64,000 nt of DNA from NCBI GenBank assembly GCA_965153285.1, contig OZ229117.1; one strand, 5' to 3'. Under the pieces are notes generated by a model. The model saw only the letters and a program-made list of their open reading frames with translations. It was not told the DNA's origin and ran no database searches. The translations under genes were made by a program, and so were the position numbers. This DNA comes from Podarcis tiliguerta. Its lineage: Eukaryota. Shown in pieces: positions 1 through 11,400 of this stretch (position 1 is the stretch's first letter; each line of letters starts with the position of its first letter).

Positions 1-3000
1 CTACAGTACAGGGTCTGGTCTCTCTGTCATCCTTCCCTCTCTCCCGCCACAGCTCACCTCCATCAGTCAGGCTGCCTCTGCTCAGGGTGAGAGCCTGAGG
101 CAGCTGCTCATCTCACTGTGGTGGTGCAGTAGCAGCCAGTGACATCCTGCTCTCTTTTCCCACCCCAGATTTTCCTGCCCCGGGTTGTGCCTTCAGCCCC
201 TGCCGAGCCAGATGCCCTCCTCTCTCTGGGGGAGGCCCTCCTTCTGACTGCAAACGTGACATGGACAGGGGGATCCCTGATGATCCACGCTCACCTGGAA
301 CCTGTGGGGCCTCTGGAGCTCTTCCTGCAGCCGAGCGAACAGCTCTGGGAGCCCATTGAGCCCAACGTCGGCCTGGGTATAGCAAGGGGACAGAAGAGCT
401 GGCTTCTGCTTCCACTTTCGACCTGGGGAGGGTGAGGACCTCTTCCTAAAATGGTTTCCCTTTTGTGTCCCCCCCCCCGCCCCCATCTCCTGCAGATGGC
501 TACACTTGGCTAGTGAAGGAGGAAGTTCTTCGTGACCTGAGAGGAGCCCTTCAGTTCCTGGTGGTGCCACTGAACCTCTCTGCTAGCCAGGGTCCTGCCA
601 CCTTACATGTCAGCACCTATGGGATCCAGTGCGTCTCCCGGCACCTGCCTGATGCCCAGTGGCAAGAGGCAGGCTGCAAGGTGAGTCTTGGCGTTCAAGA
701 AACAAAGGGAATCTGGGTACCTTGCGCCCCCTACTGCCGGAGGCAGGGAAGAATCAGAATCTGGTCCTTAAAAACACTTCTATCCCATTTCAAGACCAGA
801 CTGCCTGCTTCTTTATTTAAAGCATCTGGATCTCTGTTTTGTGAGAAATATCCAAGGTGATCTGCTGCCCAGAAGCGCCCTTAATCCCCACCCTGTTTGC
901 AGGTAGGAGAGAGCAGCAGCCTGGCGGAAGGCCACTGCCTCTGCACCCACCTCTCCTTCTTTGGCAGCAGCTTCTGGGTGGTGCCAGTCCAGCTGGATGT
1001 GGTGCGCACAGCAGAGTACTTTAGCCAGGTGAACAAGAACCCAGTTCTGGTCGTGGTCCTGGGAGTCGTCTATGCCCTCTACTTGGTGGGGGTGGCCTGG
1101 GCCCGCTGGTTGGATACACGCCCCCTGCACCAGGTAAGTTGCTGGGGGGTGAGAGGGCCAGAGGTAAGGGGGGGGGGTCTGGCAGCAAGCAGCACAAACT
1201 CACAGGCCCTTGGCAGCTCTCAGGTGGTGATGCTCCCAGAAGGGCAGGTCATGCAGCAACAGCCGCCATTTGGAGACTGAACCCTTGGAGGGTCTCCAGC
1301 TGCTCTCCCACGTCATGTGGAGAGGAAAGGACTCTGATCTCCTCACCCTCCACCCCAAAAGAGTGTGGCTGGCTAGGGACGGGGAAGGCTTCCTATTTGC
1401 TACAAATGGTCATGACTGCATTGTGCTCTCTATAAACATACAGCTGAGTGAGATGCAGCTAACTCTGTTCTGTCTAATGATTCCATGTGGATTTAAGGTT
1501 TGCATATCTTTTTGCCAGCAAAAGAGATCCCCTTATTCTGGTCTTCACTGGGGCCAAGTGGGAAGGACAACTGTATGTATGGGGCTTCAGCACTCTCTGC
1601 TCTCCTGCGCTGCTCCGTGGCAGAGCATGACCCTAGAAACGCCACCCCTCACACCCGTTCTCCCTCTCCCAGGCAGGGCCAGCCCTCCTGTCCGATGATG
1701 ATCCCTGTGCCCAGTACGGCTACCTGCTCCAGATCTGCCTGCATGGCCAGCAGAAGGCCCCCGGAGGCAGCCCCTGTGTGAGTGGTCTGCCCTGAGTGAT
1801 GGAGGGGGTGGGGTGCCTGGTCTTTGCCCCAGAGCTCACCCAGCCCTGTCATCTCCAGCAGGTCTGCATCTGCCTGCAGGGATCGTCTGGTGTCAGCAAG
1901 CCTCGGCGCCTGCCCCTGGAAGCCAGCCTCTTCCTCCTACGGGAGCCATACCCACTGGGAGAGCTCCAGAGTATTTGGTTGTGGCAGGAGCCCCACTCCG
2001 CCCCACAGCTGCCCTGGTCAGTCTGCCGAGAAGTAGGGTGGGTGGGTGACATCCCACTTGGAGACATTGTGCTGGCATGCGGACACTGCCCACCTCCCAT
2101 GGGGTGCCAGCCTGCCTCTGCTGGACATGCCACAATTCTCCCTCTCTCTGAATGGGGCAGAGGTGGTTATTGTGTCAGGGTGACCATCCTCAGGCATCCG
2201 AGAGGAGGCGGGGCTGGGGGGGGGTCAGCACACCTGGCACTTATCCAGCAGGGAGGCCTCTTGCCTCTGCCTGGCAGGACTTTCTTCCAAGTGGGGCACT
2301 AGGAGCACCAGCCTCCTGCCTGGCACTCACTACCCATCCCCTTCCCTCAGGCAAAGCGCCCACATCACAGTGCGAGACCTGCAGCAAAGTAGGAGGTTCC
2401 ATTTCTCTTGCCAGCCGTGGCACGTCCCAGCAGCAGGGGCCCCACACAGCACCGCCCAGCATTTCCTAGCAGCTCCACAGCACCAGCTAACAGCATTCTG
2501 GTAGGCTTACCAAGAGACGGGGGAGTCTGTTTGGGTGTCCTCAGCCCCCACCTGCCCACTGTGCATGAACTTAGCAGGGATCTCCGAACCGCCTCCTCCC
2601 AGGCAGAGCTGGAGACTCCATCTGTCTTCCTCCTCTGGCTCTCCCATAGCCTGGCCTTGGGTCCTGCTCCCACCCATCTATCTACCACTCTCTCTGCAGG
2701 CCCATCTTCCGGCAAAGGACTCTGAGCGGTCTTCGGGAGGAGCACACAGTGCTGACAGTGCTGCTGACCCGGACAGGCCACGGGCGGCCCGTCACGCGGG
2801 TCCAGGGCCTCTCCTGCGGCTTCTGCCTCCTCCTCTGCTCTGCACTTGTCAGCCTCATGTTCTGGGAGGTGCCCCATGATTCACCCGAGCTCCTGAATGT
2901 TGGTAAGGGTTGTGCCACACGGGATATCTCCCAAGGGCCACTGGCATGGAAAAGGGGGCTGTGCAACTCCTCTGCTCCAACTTCTGCCAGTGGAGGAAAG

Positions 3001-5702
3001 TCCCTCCTGCCACAACTGGAGGGACAAACGCAGTCATACCCTTTGGGCCGGCAGGAGGGACGTTCATGTATTAGGACTTCAGAAGAGCCTGGGTGCAGCT
3101 GGATCAGGCCAACTGCAGGTGGGATCTTCTCACACAATGGCCACCCGATGCCTCCTGGGAAGCCCTGATCCCCCACCCCCTGAATCTAGAGGTATCCTGC
3201 CTCTGATTGTGCAGGTAGCAGTTGGTGCCTCCTTCCAGCTTCCTTGGGGCACGAAGAGTAGTGACTGGTAGGTCCACTTGCAGGCACTTTCCCCCCCTGT
3301 TGATACACAGGCAGCTGCTTCTCCCTCTCCTGGAAGGACATCATGATCAGTGTGGAGAGTGCCTTGATTACCTTCCCCGTCAACTTGCTCCTTGTATTCA
3401 TCTTCCGCCACGCTGAACCACGCAAGAGCCATGCAAAGCCCGGCCTGGCAACGGCTGTGCCCAGCGCCCCTGCCAGCCCAACAACCCTGGACACTGTGCA
3501 TGAGGTAGGGACAAGAGCTCTCCAGGACCCAGGACATTTCCCCCATTGTGCCTCCCCTTGGAATAAGGTCAAGGCTGAGCTGGCAGTGGACAACAACCCC
3601 CACCCGATCCCCAGCTACCTCTCCCCCAAGCCCGCCAGGATCCTTCTTGCACCAGTGAACTTGGTCCCAGGGAGACGTTTTTGCATTTGCAGATACAACA
3701 AGCACTGGCTTGCCAGAGATTTTTCTCTGTGGCACTTATGGGGTGGCTTTTAATAGGTAGGAGAGGATATGTTAATGGTAATTTATCCCTCCAGGTGCCC
3801 ACATTTGTGGGTTGAACATACAAGGTGATCAGCTTATCGCTTCGTTAAAAACACAGGGCTGAGCAGAGTTCAAAGTCTCATCAGCAGAAAAATAGAAAGC
3901 ATAGGAAAAGGCTGTGAAGCATTCATTAAATTCAGTCCAGCCACAAAGCAAGCTGGTTGCCCCTTAACAAATAACCAGACAGACTGAGAAGTAAGTTTAA
4001 AATATGTTTACTTACTCATAGTCATGCAATTGTTCTCAGCAGCAACAGCAGTAAAATACATGCAGGCAAAATACTTATATTTACAGTATGAACAGCTTGA
4101 GGCATGTGGCCAATGCCGGAGTGATAGGATATATGTCTGCTCCATTGCTGGTTGAAGAGAAAAGAGAGAGGGAAGGAACAGGAAATACCTTGAGTCTTCA
4201 TTCCCAAGAGAGGAGGGGAAATGACCCCACACAGAACCATCTCTACCAATTACATTTCTATGGATTGAGTCTGTCTTTCAATAATGTGACCCTATGGTCT
4301 TAACCCCTTCACATGCTAGCTCACAAAAATATGCATTGTTAGATTTGGCTGCAAATCTCCCACAGCACTTCTCCCATCTGCTACATCTTCTTGTGCCCAG
4401 CTTTGCCCACCTTACCCTCAGCCTGTTGGGTGCATTTGTGCCCCAGTCGCCTGCCACTCTCCCATCTACCCATGCTTGTCTTTCCCTCCCTAGAGCCTGC
4501 GCGGGGCAGTGGAGACGCTGAGCAAAGCCAGCAAGCAGAGCCAACAGCTGCTACATCCCGACATGGACCTTGAGGAGCTTCTGCAGTGGCTGGCTCGTTT
4601 TATCCACCCTGATCCTGGAGAGGAAGAGGAGGCAGCAGGTGAGAGCCCAGCCATGCCTGCCTGCCTTGGGCAGCCCTGCTAGACTCCCAGAGGATGGTGA
4701 CGCTGTGGCTTCTGCTTGCAGGGAGGGAGCCCAAGATCTCCAGTGTGGCACCCAGCCCTGATGCGCTGCACCAGACCTACTGCAACCGCTACCTCCTCCT
4801 GAAGCTGCGGCACATTTCCCGTCTCCTGGGGGAGCTGGAACCAGGAGTCTCGACAGCCAAGCACCCTCCGGCTCTGCAGCAGCGTGTGGAGGAGATGGCC
4901 AGGCGTCTTGAGCTAGCAAGCCCCATCCGGTCTCGCTCCATGTAGGTAGCTCAAACAGGCTCCATGAGCAGGCAGGGAAGCCTACCCTGCAGAGCCTCCT
5001 CCTCATGCCTTCCTCTTGTTCCTCCACAGCCGAAGGTGGCACTTGCCCTGGTGGGGCGCCTGGGTGGGGTGGGCCCTGCTAGTCTCCCTCAGCGCAGTGG
5101 CCACCTTCTTCTCCTTGCTCTATGGCTTCCACTATGGCAAGGAGAGCACCGAACGCTGGCTCATCTCCACTGCCATCTCCATGGGCCAGGCTCTCTTCGT
5201 CCTGCAGCCTCTCAAGGTACTTCCCAGCCAGGCTGAGCAAACCCAGCATTCCTGGGGGGGTCTTCTCACGGGAGGTCGGGTTGCCAGACCTCTTAAGTCT
5301 GATCTGAAGTCTTCAGGTTTGCCTAGTACCCTCCAGGTGGCAGGTGAAGGGCTTGAATCGCTAGATGGGTGAGAGTTCCAGTGGTGTGTGTGTGTGTGCA
5401 CAGAAGACTGTGTATAGAGCGTGCACACTTTGGACCAGCAGGAGCTGGATGCAAATTATAGCATAGACACTCTGGGGGACTACCTCCACTCTTCTCCTAA
5501 TTAACCTCTGTCTCTAGGACCCTTGTGACTATACCAGGGTCTGTGCCCCTGACGCCACCAGGGGCAGCCCCTAGGTTTGGGCCCTGAAATCTCAGGGTCT
5601 GTGATATTCCTCAACTGGCAACGCATAGGGGAGGGGACATCTCAGCAGTAGCAGAAATCACGGTGCACATACTTCTTCCTCATCTCAAGTATGTGTCTGC
5701 CG

Positions 5703-5734
<32 letters not shown>

Positions 5735-6088
5735 GGACAGGTGTCTGGCATTGGAGCACTGCAAACACCCACTGCATCTCCTCTCTTCTTCCCATGAATT
5801 TCAAGAGGGTGGGGGAGAAATTAACCAAAACACCCTCACACATACACCAGTTTGTTGTGGTGTTTTGGCACAAAGTGAGGGGCTTGGCTCATCTGGAGAA
5901 AGGGAAGCCTACAGATGCTCCCTCTGTTTTATGGATGGGGGGGGGGGGCAAAATGGCTGCGGATCCTGCCCATCCCTCTTCTCCCATGAAACCCACTGCA
6001 GGTGATAAGCTTTGCCATCTTCTGTGCCCTGATACTGAAGAAAGCAGAGGATGAAGATGAGGCAGCCCTGGACCTCGAAGACCGGTAA
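1..6088 (+). CDS. PKD1L2-like polycystin paralog, 5' end outside window, C-terminally truncated (GPS + degenerate PLAT + 5 TM, no TRP-like channel module)
   Basis: Exons: <1-86, 169-376, 496-680, 903-1133, 1673-1777, 1862-2016, 2351-2500, 2700-2902, 3311-3504, 4494-4638, 4722-4941, 5030-5216, 6002-6088 (TAA). All introns are GT-AG with compatible phases; 2070 nt from 169 to the stop. GPS motif CLCTHL/SFFG. Motifs LPWW..VGW, LYGFHYGKES..RWLIS, QPLKVISFAIFCALILKK.EDEDE match my recollection of PKD1L2 better than PKD1L3. An alternative last exon at 6277-6397 is possible. Confidence 0.8.
5278..5624. mobile_element. Possible degenerate non-autonomous DNA transposon
   Basis: Short imperfect terminal inverted repeat GGGTTGCCA ... 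TGGCAACGC (8/9); no clear TSD. Confidence 0.3.
5697..5734. repeat. (CCTG)n microsatellite
   Basis: About 8-9 near-perfect CCTG units. Confidence 0.9.
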
Positions 6089-7171
6089 AGGGAGGAAGGA
6101 GGCTTGCAGAAGTTGAAAGGCAGGATGAATTGAAGGAGGGAAAGGGAAAGGGGTTTCCCCAGAGAGGGTTGGGGCCTGGACTGCCTCCAAGTAGAGAAGG
6201 GCAAAGGTGGCACTGAGAATGCCCTGCACCCACTGCAGAAAACAAACTCAAGTTCAAAAAATTCCTTTCACGACAGTGGCCAGGCAAGAGGAAGGGTTTT
6301 CAGTACTACGTCTGTTCCCTCTTCCACCTCCCGTAAGGGAAGGTTATGCAGACAGAGAGAAGAATCACGCCTCTCCACTTTGGATTGGCATGACTAGGAG
6401 CCCACCTGAACCATTCCTCTGCTGCTTTGAGTGGCCCGGCAAGGCATGCAGGCTTGGTGGAGGAATCCAGTTGCTGGTGTGGGCACCTCTGGTTGCCAAG
6501 AGCAGGTAGCCCAGGGCCCGCTCTGGGAGACTCAGAGGATGCAGAGTGGCTACACTAGGCATCTCCTGGGCTTGCTAAACAGGAAGGAAACTCATTGAAC
6601 TGAAGCCCCTGCACGGGCAGGACTGGGACTGTCCCCTGTGGAAGGGGAGAAGATTGGGGAGGGACTAAAAGGTAGTGACTGGCATGTGCACAGTGGGGTG
6701 GAGAGGAGTCACCACCCAGTGGCAGAGCAGCTGCTTTGCAGGCCCCCTGCCTTCCTAACTCTTGACACTCCCCATTAAAAAGATCTCGAGTAGTCTCTCT
6801 TTGCTCGTGGCCTTGAAACACCACTGCCAGTCAGACTAGAGCAGACATATTAGGTTACCCGTAATTTAACCATCCTAAGGGACACTGCAGCTCCAGGACT
6901 GGGGCCAAGGGAGTAGAAAATATGCTGGGAAGCAGTCCTAGGGCCCCATCCTGACCCACGTCTTCGACCTCTGTGATTGCAGGCTGTGCTCTTTCCAGTG
7001 ATGGGAGGACAACTTTCTTCGAGGCCACCTTGGCTTTTGCCACGCCATGTGCCCAAGACCTCCAATCAGCCTCTCCAACATGATGTCACCCACACCTGTA
7101 CAAAGGCCAGGACCATCTCTCTGGAGGAACGGGAGGGCACAGCATGGGAGGGGGACAGCGAAGTCCCATTC

Positions 7172-7689
7172 TGTAACCTGCCAATGGAGCCAACCCTGAA
7201 CTCACCGAGTGTTGAAAGAGTTGGGATGCAACTCAGCTTGCTGAGGGTTTGCATGAGGTTAAAGTGGATAGAGAAGGGAACCTCCAAGATTGTCTAACTG
7301 CCCTTTGATCTCTCTGATGACCTTTCCTTTACTATTAGACTGATATTCTTAGGGTTCCTGACAGTGACCAAACTTCCTGCTTCCCCCTCTTCCTTCTGAA
7401 GCTGAAGGAGAGGACATATATGGATGTATCTCTGCCGAGAGTAAAGAGCAAGCATGACTCCCTTGTAGCTTTAAGATAAATTAGCTAAAACTAGAAACTC
7501 TTTTCTATCCAAGTATATATTTCTTATAATAAATGGAGCTTTATTATATTCCAATTTTAAGTACTCTGTGTGTGATTGCAATGAAGGCAAGCCTCCTCTC
7601 CCCAGTAAGAAGTCCATGTGTGCTGTGTGCTATCTTGCAAAGTGATTCAGCACTAGGCGCAGCCCACACCGAATAAATGGCAGGCTACA
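7172..7689 (+). mobile_element. Solo LTR (518 bp)
   Basis: TG...CA ends with inverted termini TGTAACCTGCCA / TGGCAGGCTACA (11/12); 4-bp TSD-like flanks ATTC / GTTC; internal AATAAA at 7528-7533. Confidence 0.65.
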
Positions 7690-7876
7690 GTTCAGTGGTG
7701 TCCGTGGAAGCTCTCTTTCACTCTCTGATGACTTCATGATTGGCTTCTCAGGGGCCCAGGCCCAGATCCAGACACCCATTCCCACTTCAAACGCCATGGT
7801 GGCCCCCTGGCAGTGACATGCAGTAAATTGTAAAACCTCATGTGGCTGGCTGGAGACTCGCCAGCACTTGTCCAGA

Positions 7877-8018
7877 AGAATCAGAACTGTAGTGTTGGAA
7901 GGGACTGTGAGGGTCATCTACTCCTACCTCCTGAGGAATCCCACTAGCACAACCTCCCTGGAAGGAGGGTCCCTTCGCCTCCGTTTAGAAACCTCTAATG
8001 AAGGGGAGTCTGCCACCT
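7877..8018 (-). mobile_element. CR1-like LINE 3' fragment
   Basis: AGAATC..GTTGGAAGGGAC..GGTCATCT..AAACCTC..TGAAGGGGAGTC..CCACC resembles the reverse of a CR1 3' end. Confidence 0.5.
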
Positions 8019-8362
8019 TCCTGTCTGCCCCACTCCCCAACCCCTTGAAATCCCATTTCTTGTCACCCAAACTGCTTGGTTATCATACTGTTCTTTGGAG
8101 CAAGAGGAATGGGATGTGCCACCTGGGCTCTCAACATTTGCCTGCCAGCGTGCCTTTTATGCAGCAGACAATGCAGTTGCTCCTCCTTTCTTCCTTGCAG
8201 GGGTGCAGACAATGGCACCCTCTTCTTTGCAAACAAGAGGGCCCATCTCCAGCTGGAGCGCCAGGTGCTGCACCTGTTCAGCCTCTGGGTGTGGCGCTGC
8301 TCTGCTCCTCTTTTCAGCAGCTCCCCCACCTGCTTTCTCAGCTCGTGGGCTGAGCGTGCACG

Positions 8363-8400
8363 GTGGGGGGGGGGGGAGGGCGGCGGTTTAGACTATTAAA
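8363..8400 (+). promoter_or_regulatory. Putative PKD1L3 core promoter
   Basis: G-run/GC-box-like GGGAGGGCGG followed by TATTAAA (8394-8400), about 40 nt before the ATG at 8440. Confidence 0.4.
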
Positions 8401-8439
8401 GGGTGGCCCCGGGCCAGCTTGCTCCAAAGAGGGAGCGGC

Positions 8440-11400
8440 ATGGGGCTCCCTATAGGGATGTGGCTCTGGCTCTGGGCCGCACAGGTCTCTTCGGAGGAAT
8501 CGGAGCCCGCCTGCCTGCCCGTGGCAGGAGAGGACTGCTATCGGCTGCTCCGGTGGCCACAACCCGCCTTGGGTGCAGTGATTTTGTGCAGACGATTCCA
8601 CGGCCGGCTCCTCCACACGTGGAACCAGCAGATCCAGGACGCCCTGCGCGACCGCCTGGACGACAGCAGCAAAACCTGGATCGGGGCTGCAGCAAAGGCG
8701 CTCCCAGAAGTGCGCCACCCTGGCGAAGGTGAGAGCGGAGCGGGGGCGCAGAGGCCCAACAGCAGCACCACAGAAGAGGGGCAGCAGCAGCCAATTCCAG
8801 TATACTCTCCCGGGATGTGTGTTATTCCCCACTCAGCATCTCTGACTCGCCCAGACGCCAAACCCCTCAGGGCAAGACCGCCACCCTCCCTACACAAGGT
8901 GGGACCACCGTCTCCTCGTGGGGATCGAGGCGGGGCAGCCAAGCTTCTCACTTCAAGGGCCCAGCCAGGCCCTGCAGACCCTTCCCTCCGTCGAGGGACC
9001 CCGCCCACCAGCGTTTCAAGGACACTCAGGGTGGCAACCCTCCTCCCATGCCAAGCCCCGCTGCTGATGGCTCAGCTCTGCAGTCTGTGACAGGCAGTCA
9101 AGGAGTGGGGAGGGTTAAAAATAAGAATAATGCAAGGCTGTCCGAGGGTTTGCTACCAGGCACTCACCCTATGCAAAGGCTCCCCTTAAACCACTTGCCA
9201 CCACTGGGAGACTCTAGACACTGGAGAGGGAGCGGAGCCCTACAGGGCAGCCTCAGCCGGAAAGCCTTATCCTAAGAAAATCCCTCAAAGGCAAACAACT
9301 GGCGGGCTGGTGCTGAGTGTGGGGTGGCGGGGAAGAGGGATAACCGTGTCTGACGGCGGCGCCTACTCTCCGCAGACCACTGCAAAGTCCTCGTCCGGAA
9401 TGGGGACCACTTCTATACCAGGAGGGAGGAGTGTGACCAGAAGTACTTTTTCATCTGCCAGTCTGGTGCGTGAGTCTGCCCACCCCCCGGGGTGGGAGTT
9501 CGCGGCCTCCAGCTTCAAAGAGCGAGAAGGACCTCGTGGCTGAGCCGAGGATGAGACTCTCTGGAAGCACGCCTCTGGAAGCACCCCCCACGAAGCACGC
9601 CCTTCAGAGGTGGCTGCAACCCCGGAGGCAGGGCCAGGGCCAGGCTCTCCCGAGGCGGCTGGGCTGGGCCGTCGCAGGTCCTAGAACCATCCCTGACGCC
9701 CCGGAAGCGCCGCTTCCATGAATCCTCCCGAGCTCAACCCCTTCTGCTCTCTGTCCGCTACAGGCCCCCCGAGGACGCCCCGAGAGACTTCCACGCCCTG
9801 GGTGGTAAGTTCCCGCCAAAGCAGGTGCCTGCGCAGCCGTCGAACAGGAACGGGAGAAGGCTCTCTAGGCCGCCGTCGCTGCGCAGCGCCCCCTGGGCTG
9901 ACTGCAGCGCACTACCGAGCAGCCGGCCCTGGTGACTCTCTCTCCCTGTCTCCCAGAGAACGACCTGCCAACATTTGACGTGCGGCCCGACGGAGGCGAC
10001 TCCCATTCTCACCGAAGAGCCGACGGCGACTGCTCCTCTGAGCGCCCAGCCCTCCGCCGCGACTCCTCCGCCGCCCAGTCCTCCTCCAAGAAGCAGCACA
10101 GTTCGCCAGCCGACCACCGCTGACATCCAGTCATTCCTTGGGACCAGGCCAGAACTCGGCACTCCCCGCCATCCGCCGAGCAGCCCCAAGTCGGCATCCA
10201 GCACCTGGCCAGCCGGCAACAGCAGCCAGACTCACCCCAACTCTCGGCCCTTAGCCCCAGAGCCCAGCACTCAGCCGCTGCCCACCAGCAAAACCACCTC
10301 GGGGGGTACCAAAAGCCACGAGTCCAACACCAGCCCGGACTCCTTCACCTTCAGCCCTAGAGACTTCCCCCCTGAGGACCAGGGGAAGGTAGGGAGACAT
10401 CTGGACTGGCACCTGCCCCCACCCTGGTAGCACCTTGTCCAGACAGGCTCTCCTCTCTCTCCGTCCCATACCCCACACCCTGCTCCGGAGATGCCAGGAG
10501 GTGGGGTGGTGTGTGCGTTGCAGGATTCTTCCTTTGCACCTGGAAAAAGCAACGCTGAGGTGCAGATCAAAGATGAGTGTGACTCGTATGTGATTTCCCA
10601 GGGATTCAAAGTCACTTAATGAGTGATTTCCAGACTGGTTTTGCCTACAGCAGAAAGGGGGGCAAGTGGCTCTGGGGAGGTGTGGGGGGATGTGTGGCTC
10701 CCTCCTGCCTAACTGCCTTTTCAGATCTTCCCCCTATAGGGTAGAGGAGCCTTCCTAGAATTATAGATTTAGCGATAAGCTCTACTTGCAGGCTCACTGA
10801 CAGCGTAATAGGGCAACCAGGCCCCCTTCTCCCCCAGCCCCTCTCACTCAGGGTCTGTCCCACAGGCCCTAGAGAAGGTGCTGCACCAGTTCAGCCAGGC
10901 TGTGGAGACCCCAGACCACCCTATGGCACTGGAGCAGGCAGCCCGGATGCTGGAGAATTTGACAAATTTCCATGCTCTGCTCTCAGACGATGCCCAGGTA
11001 CTGGCATGTGGCAGGGAGGGAGGGAGGGTGGGTGGGTGGCACCCCTGATCTAAGGGTCTGTCCCCTGTGGCCTATTCTCCCAGTCCTTGGTTGAACCAGG
11101 CTCTACCCAGGCTATGTACAGAGGCAAGCCTGCCCCTTGGCACAGCCAGCCTCGCCCTTGCATCCCCAAATCAGCCCCGCCAGATGACCAGCCCTGCCTT
11201 GTTCCTACAGGCCTCTGCCAGCCAGGCACTCCTCTCCCTGAGCTCTCAGCTACTGAGGGACCACCCTGCCAGCAATGCCTCCTGCCTAGACCTCACATCA
11301 CAGGCTCTTTTCCAGGCCCTCAGCAACCTCCTCCAAGCCTCAGGCAGCCAGACACCCAGCTTCGGCCCACAACAGGTGGGGGAGAAAGAGGACCTGCAGG

